From NCBI GenBank assembly GCA_965216875.1, contig OZ244207.1, positions 1,760,001-1,824,000 on the forward strand: 64,000 bases of DNA. The letters are read 5' to 3'. Under the pieces are notes generated by a model. That model saw only the letters and a program-made list of their open reading frames with translations. It was not told the origin of the DNA and searched no databases. Both the position numbers and the translations under genes were made by a program. Positions 50,825-57,903 of this stretch are shown piece after piece; position 1 is the stretch's first letter, and each line of letters opens with the position of its first letter. The stretch is from Rubripirellula sp. (GTDB taxonomy: Bacteria; Planctomycetota; Planctomycetia; Pirellulales; Pirellulaceae).

Positions 50825-51298
50825 GCTCACTGGGATTACCGGAGCGGCCAAGTTAATCATAGCAACGATCCGCAACCAAAGAAATGATTGATCGTTCGTT
50901 GGTTTGTGAGCAGTGAAAAATGAGATCGGAATCGCCATCACTGCGTAGCCCCATGCGGCAATGAGAAACAGCATTGGCACGAACGAATCGCCAACCGACA
51001 AGTTGACACCCATTGCGTCGAGCAGCAGCGAAACCATGACGTAGAGCCACGCGACAATCGGCACGAAGCAAGCTGGATACGCGATCACGTAGGAAGCGAA
51101 TCTCGCTCGGTCTCTCTCGTTTGGTGCGGAAGACCACGACTTGCGAAACAGCAAGAGCTGCACGCCGCAAATTGCTGTCCATCCTGCGAGCGCAAGTTGC
51201 ACACGAAATCCAGTGCGCGGCCAGAGTTGAATTGCGAGTGCAACTCCAGTTGTCAAAAGCAGAAGATCAATGATTCGTAGTTGATACGGACGTCGCAT
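50819..51298 (-). CDS. cassette integral membrane protein
   Basis: Multiple TM helices; stop in R''. Confidence 0.78.
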   Translation of the reverse strand: MRRPYQLRIIDLLLLTTGVALAIQLWPRTGFRVQLALAGWTAICGVQLLLFRKSWSSAPNERDRARFASYVIAYPACFVPIVAWLYVMVSLLLDAMGVNLSVGDSFVPMLFLIAAWGYAVMAIPISFFTAHKPTNDQSFLWLRIVAMINLAAPVIPVST

Positions 51299-51309
51299 TC
51301 ATGTCATGC

Positions 51310-51399
51310 ACATAACGTTTAGCGTAACCGGGTGGCGACGGTTGACGTTGATTTCAAGTTCGGCGTGAATCGCCACTCCGGTTCACGCTGTTGTTATGC
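51310..51399 (-). repeat. attC (cassette 6)
   Basis: R'' GCATAAC ... R' GTTATGT. Confidence 0.9.
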
Positions 51400-51412
51400 G
51401 GCTGGCGACGAC

Positions 51413-51952
51413 TCAGGCTAAAACTTGGAATGGCTCAGGGTCGTCAGTCTGAACATCCATGTCGTGCCGAAATCCGACTAAGAGGCGTCCAAGTTCAGCC
51501 GTGAGATCGTAAACGTAATCCGCTCCGGTGTCAGCTCTTTGCTGCTCCGTAAGGCGGGCCAATATTTCATTAGCAACCGCAGGAACATCGCCATTCATTG
51601 CGGGTTGCTTTGCGGTGTCATTACAATCGTATTGGATTGACCACGCTTCATGACCGTTTTCAAATCCTACGATTTCTGTTGCCATCACGGTATCGGAGCA
51701 CCAGAAGTAGATCGTTGAAGCACCGTGTTTCGAAAGCTCTTGTGCGTCCGACGCCTCAAGGTCAGCAAAGTGGTCGGACCCGTCTGCAATTAGCACGACC
51801 CACGCATGTGCTTCTGGGTTTGGTAACTCGAGAAGATACCAACCGGTATCAGGAAAGTCGTGTCGCTCGCCAGTGATTGCTCGTTTGGATACTGCAAGCA
51901 GCTGATCCGTCGCGACTCCAGCTTGTGCTATCCAAGAAACGCGGAATCCCAT
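51413..51952 (-). CDS. cassette hypothetical protein (MGFRVSW...)
   Basis: 179 aa with a GGAG RBS. Confidence 0.78.
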   Translation of the reverse strand: MGFRVSWIAQAGVATDQLLAVSKRAITGERHDFPDTGWYLLELPNPEAHAWVVLIADGSDHFADLEASDAQELSKHGASTIYFWCSDTVMATEIVGFENGHEAWSIQYDCNDTAKQPAMNGDVPAVANEILARLTEQQRADTGADYVYDLTAELGRLLVGFRHDMDVQTDDPEPFQVLA

Positions 51953-51971
51953 GTGAAGCTCCGTAGTTGCC

Positions 51972-52061
51972 GCATAACGGTACCGATCACCGAGGACCGG
52001 CGGACGAGTTTCCGTTGTCAATTGACGACGCACGGTCCTTCGGTGCATCGGATGGTTCGTC
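51972..52061 (-). repeat. attC (cassette 5)
   Basis: R'' GACGAAC ... R' GTTATGC. Confidence 0.9.
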
Positions 52062-52125
52062 GTCTTGTCCTGTTCGGTCGGGATTGGATAGCGAAGTCCT
52101 AACCAGAGCAAACAACAACTCCGGG

Positions 52126-52392
52126 TCATAGGACGGGAGGAAAAAGTAAAGGCGAGAGCAATAGAATGATCAGCACGATCGCGATGAGAACTCTCATCGC
52201 CGCGCCGGGCCTAGTGAGGACAATCGATGCCACAAACAAAACTGTGAACAGCACGAGAAGTGCCCCAGCGAAAATGCCATATCCGTAGAAAACGGAACCC
52301 ACACGCATACCCGAAGCGATAAGTCCCGCACTTACACCAAACAGGGTCGTCGTCAAGAGCAGATGGCGTAGCCCGAAGCGAACTCGATCCAT
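52126..52392 (-). CDS. small membrane protein, second ORF of cassette 5
   Basis: MDRVRFGLRHLLL; three hydrophobic helices. Confidence 0.6.
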   Translation of the reverse strand: MDRVRFGLRHLLLTTTLFGVSAGLIASGMRVGSVFYGYGIFAGALLVLFTVLFVASIVLTRPGAAMRVLIAIVLIILLLSPLLFPPVL

Positions 52393-52409
52393 CTGTGCAT
52401 TTGGATTGG

Positions 52410-52595
52410 TCAATGGATATGCCCAAAATCCCAGATTGGATGTCCGTGCATCTGTCCACCGATTCCACCGTGGCGATGCCAAATCGGAAGACAGCCGACT
52501 ACGAAAAGTGAAACAATCGAGGTCACGAATATGAACGAACGAAGGGAAAACTGAAATTGCGGGTTGCGGTTCACAACAGAAGCCACATTTCTCAT
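52410..52595 (-). CDS. small His/Gly-rich membrane peptide, first ORF of cassette 5
   Basis: QFQFSLRSFIFV followed by a TM helix. Confidence 0.5.
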   Translation of the reverse strand: MRNVASVVNRNPQFQFSLRSFIFVTSIVSLFVVGCLPIWHRHGGIGGQMHGHPIWDFGHIH

Positions 52596-52596
52596 C

Positions 52597-52686
52597 GACG
52601 AACGTTAGCCGTCACCGGGGACGGCGGGTTGGTATTCCGTTTGTGACGACCGCATGCCGTCCTCCGTGTGAACGGCATTGTTCTGC
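52597..52686 (-). repeat. attC (cassette 4)
   Basis: R'' GCAGAAC ... R' GTTCGTC. Confidence 0.9.
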
Positions 52687-53174
52687 TCTTGTATTGTGAA
52701 GCGCATGCACAGATCCCAGATTGCTTCGTTTGAGTGCAAGAAGACAGCGGTGTCCCATGATGCATAGTCCTTGTACTCGATACGCACACGCTTCGGAGGG
52801 GCGTCATCAACGGCGAAATATATCTGCACGCCGTCGTCAATATAGACGCGTTTGCCATCAATGAGGCAATCGAATACTACGCCCTCACCGAAACTTCGGT
52901 CATCAAGCCATGCAGGATATTCGCTTGGCTGTCGATATACCGGACCGGGATCGTGTTCCGCTGAAGTAGCACGGTGAAGCACAACTACGCGAGCACGCTT
53001 GTCGTGAAAACAGATTGCGTTCGTGACCGGGTATCCGTTCGACCGCGTTCCGAGGCGGACATCCCCTTGGATGTTGGACGCGGCCGTGATTCTCCACAGC
53101 AATGGTGTCCCAAACGCAACAGCGATCGCTGCTAACGCGACGACGCTCAATAGTGTCCGAAGGGTAAATCGCAT
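52605..53174 (-). CDS. membrane-anchored cassette protein (MRFTLRTLL)
   Basis: Single ORF; reads into attC. Confidence 0.78.
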   Translation of the reverse strand: MRFTLRTLLSVVALAAIAVAFGTPLLWRITAASNIQGDVRLGTRSNGYPVTNAICFHDKRARVVVLHRATSAEHDPGPVYRQPSEYPAWLDDRSFGEGVVFDCLIDGKRVYIDDGVQIYFAVDDAPPKRVRIEYKDYASWDTAVFLHSNEAIWDLCMRFTIQEQNNAVHTEDGMRSSQTEYQPAVPGDG

Positions 53175-53180
53175 TCTGTA

Positions 53181-53270
53181 GCAGAACGTTAACGATCACG
53201 TGGTCGCCGCGAACGACTCACCACTTCAATAAACTCAACTCGGCGACTCACGTGCATCGTCTGGTTCGCC
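53181..53270 (-). repeat. attC (cassette 3)
   Basis: R'' GGCGAAC ... R' GTTCTGC. Confidence 0.9.
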
Positions 53271-53630
53271 GCGATTCTGCAATTGACGTTCGAGTTCGTC
53301 AACAATGTCGTTCAACGATTGCCGCATGCAGCCCAATGAGCACCAGAATATATTGAATTGCCCGCCGCGAATATTGTCCACAATCATATTCCGCTGCTCG
53401 ACGAACCTGCCGTCGATTGTCTCTTGCACAAAGGTCATCAGGTAACCGGCGAGTCGGTCGGATGGCCCTCCGGATCGTCGGTCCTCGGACATGAGGTGTG
53501 CCCCGCCCTGAAGTGAAATCAAGCCGTCGACTTCGGCAGTATCCCGTCCGCAAGAAGGACAGACCGAGACAAAGCAGTCGTCGTCACCGGCAGCTATGGG
53601 AAATTCAGTTGGCATTTCGGTTGATGACAT
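53235..53630 (-). CDS. cassette Cys-motif protein (duplicate of 41482-41877)
   Basis: Identical 131-aa translation. Confidence 0.8.
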   Translation of the reverse strand: MSSTEMPTEFPIAAGDDDCFVSVCPSCGRDTAEVDGLISLQGGAHLMSEDRRSGGPSDRLAGYLMTFVQETIDGRFVEQRNMIVDNIRGGQFNIFWCSLGCMRQSLNDIVDELERQLQNRGEPDDARESPS

Positions 53631-53637
53631 TTCAGTC

Positions 53638-53730
53638 GGCGAACGAAAGAAATCACGGGGGACGGGCGAAAGGCTTGCAAGCAGACTAAAAAACGCGACT
53701 CCCGTCCTCCCGTGCATTTCATGGTTCGCC
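53638..53730 (-). repeat. attC (cassette 2)
   Basis: R'' GGCGAAC ... R' GTTCGCC. Confidence 0.9.
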
Positions 53731-53742
53731 AGTTCAGTAACG

Positions 53743-54192
53743 CTAGAGTCTCAGGGACGACCTGAGAATCTCAGCAGTGAAGAAGGATAGTGTATCAGCG
53801 ACAACATTCGGCGTCGAAGGATTGCTTGTATTCAGGGACAAGCCGTACACCGGCGGGTCGTCAGTCCCGTCTGCGGAAAAGTAGTAGTTGTCCTCTGCAC
53901 CGGGGGCAACCGCAAAGATCACGTCACTCGGAGAGAGTGTCCAGATCGTACCGCGATGGAAGTCGTCGGGTGCAGTCCGTGTCCACTCGTGCAATTCGGA
54001 AACAGGGACGAAGATTTCAGTGTTGTAGAGGCGATATGCGTCAAGCAGCATCATGTCGCGATATAACTGCGGTAGTGATACCGCTAGCTGATTCTCAACG
54101 GCGTCAAGTTCGTCTACCGAACAACCACGGTGTTGAGGCAACTCGCGGAAGAAATCGAGCACATCTTGTGTCGACAATCGATGTTCGGTCAT
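53743..54192 (-). CDS. SMI1/KNR4 (SUKH-1) family cassette protein
   Basis: GCS..EL..VE..L.V.LP..YR..M and YYF.....DDPPVY. Confidence 0.8.
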   Translation of the reverse strand: MTEHRLSTQDVLDFFRELPQHRGCSVDELDAVENQLAVSLPQLYRDMMLLDAYRLYNTEIFVPVSELHEWTRTAPDDFHRGTIWTLSPSDVIFAVAPGAEDNYYFSADGTDDPPVYGLSLNTSNPSTPNVVADTLSFFTAEILRSSLRL

Positions 54193-54217
54193 CAATCGCA
54201 GTTTGAGGCTTTGTGTT

Positions 54218-54307
54218 GGCGAACGGCACGGTTCAGCGGGCCGGGGGAGTTGATTGTCCATTTGAGAAAGCGCGCAAGCCCGGCTCCGTTGCAACCGATG
54301 GTTCCCC
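54218..54307 (-). repeat. attC (cassette 1)
   Basis: R'' GGGGAAC (complement of the attI core GTTCCCC) ... R' GTTCGCC. Confidence 0.92.
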
Positions 54308-54325
54308 GCCGTTTGGGTCGCTCCG

Positions 54326-54709
54326 CTACGAGTCGGCGCGCGCCGCCAAGCGACGTTCCATTTCGGGATCCGATTTCTCCGGCAGGTCAATCAGTTCCAA
54401 TTCGTAGACCAACAATGCGTTGGCTGGAAGTTCAGGGTATGTCTTGCGTTCATCATAGGTCAAGTTGGGCGGCGCGATGACGGTCCGTCGTCCGCCAGAG
54501 CGCATCCCCAGCAATCCGTATTCAATGCCAGCGTAGCAGTCACGTCCGCCAACTCGGATTGGATATGGGGAGTCGGTATCAGAGGCAAACAGCACATCGC
54601 CTTTGCGTCGCGTACAAACGCATTGGCAGAGAGCGAGGTCACCCGGCACGCATGGCCGTCCAGAACCGATTTTGTGGTCCGTAAACTTGAGGCTACGTGG
54701 CGGCTTCAT
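54326..54709 (-). CDS. FKBP-type peptidyl-prolyl isomerase-like cassette protein
   Basis: G.G...PGD, GL.GM..GG.R...PP.L.Y and LPANA.L.YELEL. Confidence 0.85.
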   Translation of the reverse strand: MKPPRSLKFTDHKIGSGRPCVPGDLALCQCVCTRRKGDVLFASDTDSPYPIRVGGRDCYAGIEYGLLGMRSGGRRTVIAPPNLTYDERKTYPELPANALLVYELELIDLPEKSDPEMERRLAARADS

Positions 54710-54718
54710 TCTTCAGTC

Positions 54719-54745
54719 GGGGAACTTATTTATCAGCTGTTGAAC
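54719..54745 (-). other. attI recombination site (crossover G|TT at 54725)
   Basis: Minus strand CAGCTGATAAATAA-GTTCCCCG. The core matches R'' CGGGGAAC of cassette 1, and there is no attC hairpin upstream. Confidence 0.85.
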
Positions 54746-55044
54746 GGGTGAGAATAGGGCGTGCTGGCTGTTCTCACTGGGTGGACCTTCGGTAGGGTCG
54801 GTGACACGCGCCTTGATCCTCGTATTCTCACTGGTCGCTCCAGTATTCTCACCGGGTAGGTGACAACCACTCTGGGGGTATTCTCGCCGTTGGCTTTCAG
54901 GTTGTCAAATTTCGAATCGTTTCCAGTGAATAGGGTTATCGCGGATTACCGCAGTTATGTGAACAAGTGTTGACTGTACCTTTGGAGGGGGTCATAAAGC
55001 CTGGGTATTGGAGTCAATCACCGCGAACGGGGCAGGGTTTTCTC

Positions 55045-56538
55045 ATGCCGTTTTTTGAGCGAAAGGGGCGCAGGGATCGCGACTCAAAATGGGCGAAGAT
55101 TTGGTTTGGCAAGCTCGCGAAGTTCCACAACGAGAAAGAGAGTCCTTTGTGGGAGTTTTCGCGAGAGCAGGTGATCGCGTTCCTGCGCGATCGGCTCGCT
55201 GCCGGATACCCTGCGTGGAAGCGACAGAGCATCGTCAAAGGTTTGATTGCTTATCGGCGTGACATTCAATGCCAACCCTACGACGATCTGCTTGATCTTC
55301 AAGACACACTTCGAGAGCTCGCGGTTAAGGAACGAGTGAGGGATCAGGGTGTGAAGGACATTGAGGATCTGGTTGGCAAGATCAATCCCAATGAACCGGA
55401 CATCATCCAAGACTTGCGGCGAAAATTGCGGCGCGAAGGCAAGGCGTATGCAACTGAGCGAGCCTACGTTGGTAAGTTGAAAGCGTTCATGCAGGCGCGC
55501 GGGTTAAAATGCCGCTCCGATTTTGCCACGATTTCAGGGGCCGATGTGGAGGCACATTTGACCGATCTCGCGGTTGACGGCAACGTTGCTCCATCGACTC
55601 AAAACCAGGCGTTCCATGCTTTGTTGTTTTTGTTCGAGCATGTGCTTAAGCGAGACATCGGTCGAATCCAGGCGATTCGCGCGTCCAAGGGCAAACAGAT
55701 TCCGACGGTCTTGAGTGCATCAGAAGTGGAGAAGGTGTTCTCGCATTTGACCGGCGTCCATTTGACCATCGCCAAGTTGCTTTACGGTTGTGGCATGCGG
55801 ATCGGGGAAGCGATGCGGCTTCGTGTGAAAGACATCGATTTTGAAAACGGACGGATTGAAATCCACCAGTCCAAAGGGGGCAAGAGCCGATTGGTCGGGC
55901 TGCCCTTGGACTTGATTGAGCCGCTCAAGCGTGCGTTGCGCTCAAGGCGAGTCCTCTATGAAAACGATGTCGCGGATGGGACGGCATCAGTATGGCTGCC
56001 ATACGCGCTTTGGCGCAAGTATCCGAACGCGGCCAAAGATTGGCGCTGGCAATTCGTATTTGCATCCGATCGACTCTCTCGCGATCCACAAACCAATCAA
56101 TTGCACCGACATCATCTGCATAAGGATACTTTCTCGACTCACTTGAGGTGTGCCGTCGAACGCTCCGCTGTTGAAAAGGCGGTAAGTACTCATACATTCC
56201 GTCATTCATTTGCGACTCACCTGCTGAAACAGGGGACTGATCTTCGCGTGATTCAGGAATTATTGGGGCATCAGGATATTGCAACGACAACGATCTACAC
56301 TCACGTCTTCGATGATGAGCGGGTTCGATTTGTGAGTCCCCTTGACCGGATCCCCAAAAAGTCACCCGTAAAGGAAATGGCCGGATCGTGTGATGATCAG
56401 CAAGCGGAACGCAAGTCGCAAAGCGGTGTTGCGAAGTTCCTGGAGTTATCGACCCGTCTCTTTGCGTGGAGCGAGATTCTGAGAGAACGCAAGCTGCAAA
56501 AACGTGCCGATGTCGAGCAGATTGTCGCGCCGAGGTGA
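55045..56538 (+). CDS. intI: integron integrase (tyrosine recombinase) with N-terminal extension
   Basis: [12 protein letters not shown], IntI insertion [14 protein letters not shown]...W.WQFVF...RDP....RHH, HTFRH, LGH and IYTH. Confidence 0.96.
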   Translation: MPFFERKGRRDRDSKWAKIWFGKLAKFHNEKESPLWEFSREQVIAFLRDRLAAGYPAWKRQSIVKGLIAYRRDIQCQPYDDLLDLQDTLRELAVKERVRDQGVKDIEDLVGKINPNEPDIIQDLRRKLRREGKAYATERAYVGKLKAFMQARGLKCRSDFATISGADVEAHLTDLAVDGNVAPSTQNQAFHALLFLFEHVLKRDIGRIQAIRASKGKQIPTVLSASEVEKVFSHLTGVHLTIAKLLYGCGMRIGEAMRLRVKDIDFENGRIEIHQSKGGKSRLVGLPLDLIEPLKRALRSRRVLYENDVADGTASVWLPYALWRKYPNAAKDWRWQFVFASDRLSRDPQTNQLHRHHLHKDTFSTHLRCAVERSAVEKAVSTHTFRHSFATHLLKQGTDLRVIQELLGHQDIATTTIYTHVFDDERVRFVSPLDRIPKKSPVKEMAGSCDDQQAERKSQSGVAKFLELSTRLFAWSEILRERKLQKRADVEQIVAPR

Positions 56539-56559
56539 ATCGCATCGCGGTGGATTTCG

Positions 56560-57091
56560 TTAACTCGGGAGGGCGAGGCTCGTGCAGAGAGTCTTGGGGA
56601 ATGGGTGGCCACGAAAAACACGAGAAGACACAAAAGGGAGAACGATGCGATTGGTGTGTACTGAGCTTCTTGTGCCTTTTCGTGTTTCTTGTGGCTGATG
56701 CTTTGGGCGGAAAAGGGGGAACCACGAATTGAACGAATGACACGAATGGGGTTGGCGGGAGGGCGAGGCTCGTGCAGAGAGTGCTGAGGATTGTTTGGCC
56801 ACGAAAAACGCGAGAAGACACAAAAGGGTGATGGGTAGGGCCCGGCCGCTTGCGCGTTCACGGCTCACTGGGAATCGACCTCCTTCTGGCGAAGGTAGCT
56901 ACGGATGCGCGAGGGGAAGTAGGGCCCGCGGCTAGCGCCGTCGGCTCAGGAGTGTGGGAAAAAAGTGGGTGGAGCCCGGCCGCTTACGCGTTCGCGGCTC
57001 ACTGGGATTCGACCACCTTCTGGCGAAGGTAGCTACGGATGCGCGAGGGGAAGTAGGGCCCGCGGCTAGCGCCGTCGGCTCAGGAGTGTGG
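56560..57091. repeat. REP-rich cluster with two tandem duplications
   Basis: 56566-56640 repeats at +190 bp and 56841-56957 repeats at +134 bp. Contains TGGCGAAGGTAGCTAC, also found inverted near 25835 and 62330. Confidence 0.85.
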
Positions 57092-57194
57092 CGGTTGGGG
57101 GGGAGAGCGTGGTGAGGTGATTGTGCCGGATCTGTGTCGCTGTCGCTCCTTGATCCGGCCTACGGGCGCGCAGGGTGCGTCGTCGGCTCAGGGG

Positions 57195-57899
57195 TTAGAG
57201 GGCGGCGCCTTGTCCTGAGAGGTCGAAGCGGTAGCCGATGTCTCGGATGGTGATGATCCAGCGTGGATTGCGCGGGTCTTCTTCGATTTTTGCGCGCAGC
57301 GTTGTGATGCAACGATCAACGCTGCGTGTGGTCACGATGACGTTGTTTCCCCACACCTGATTAAGAATCTCACCGCGTGTTAACGCGCGCCCCGGGCGAT
57401 TGACAAACAGAGCCAGAAGACCGAATTCTTTGGTCGTTAGCTCGACGGCTTGGCCAGCTCGCTGCAACACATGCGCATCGAGGTCAAGCTGGCAATCTCC
57501 AAATCGCACGATCGTTTCGTCGGGCGTTGAGGTTCGTCTTGAAAGGGCCCCCACGCGGGCGACAAGTTCACGAATGCTGAACGGTTTGGTGACATAATCG
57601 TCAGCGCCGAGATCGAGGCCGCGGATGATATCGTCTTCGTGGTCTTTTGCGGTCAGCATGACGATCGGTGTTTCGATTCCAGCCTTGCGGATCGATTGAC
57701 AGATTTCGAAACCATTTCGGTTAGGCAACATGATGTCAAGCAAGATCATGTCGAACGATTCGCTTGCCGCCGTCTGCATCGCTTGATCACCTTCGGTTGC
57801 GACAATTACGTCGTAACCGCGCGCGACAAAACAGTCGGTCAGGACGCGCACGAGAGCGTCGTCGTCTTCGATAATCAAAATGCGCTTCAACGGATTCAT
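57195..57899 (-). CDS. OmpR-family response regulator
   Basis: ILIIEDD, LLDIMLP, GADDYVTKPF and winged-helix TIRDIGYRF. Confidence 0.95.
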   Translation of the reverse strand: MNPLKRILIIEDDDALVRVLTDCFVARGYDVIVATEGDQAMQTAASESFDMILLDIMLPNRNGFEICQSIRKAGIETPIVMLTAKDHEDDIIRGLDLGADDYVTKPFSIRELVARVGALSRRTSTPDETIVRFGDCQLDLDAHVLQRAGQAVELTTKEFGLLALFVNRPGRALTRGEILNQVWGNNVIVTTRSVDRCITTLRAKIEEDPRNPRWIITIRDIGYRFDLSGQGAAL

Positions 57900-57903
57900 T
57901 CCT

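Larger units (their letters stand above)
26000..56538. mobile_element. sedentary chromosomal integron: intI + attI + about 40-cassette minus-strand array (distal boundary approximate)
   Basis: IntI-specific integrase and about 90-bp attC sites between single co-oriented ORFs. Each R'' is complementary to the first bases of its own cassette. Confidence 0.95.

Noticed and set aside
42640..54390. Long N-terminal extensions of cassette ORFs in the track (e.g. starts 54390, 53717, 52129, 47467, 44702, 43775)
   Set aside because: They run through the upstream attC or the previous cassette, so starts were reassigned downstream of each GTT core.
26000..54720. CRISPR array or tandem-repeat reading of the recurring 90-bp elements
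   Set aside because: The repeats are divergent hairpins separated by gene-sized spacers, and there are no cas genes; they fit attC.
54967..56538. Prophage or genomic-island integrase
   Set aside because: The IntI-specific insertion is present, attI and attC sites are adjacent, and no phage genes or tRNA target are seen.
55925..56868. Minus-strand ORFs of 298, 154 and 102 aa
   Set aside because: Antisense to intI or made of translated REP repeats.
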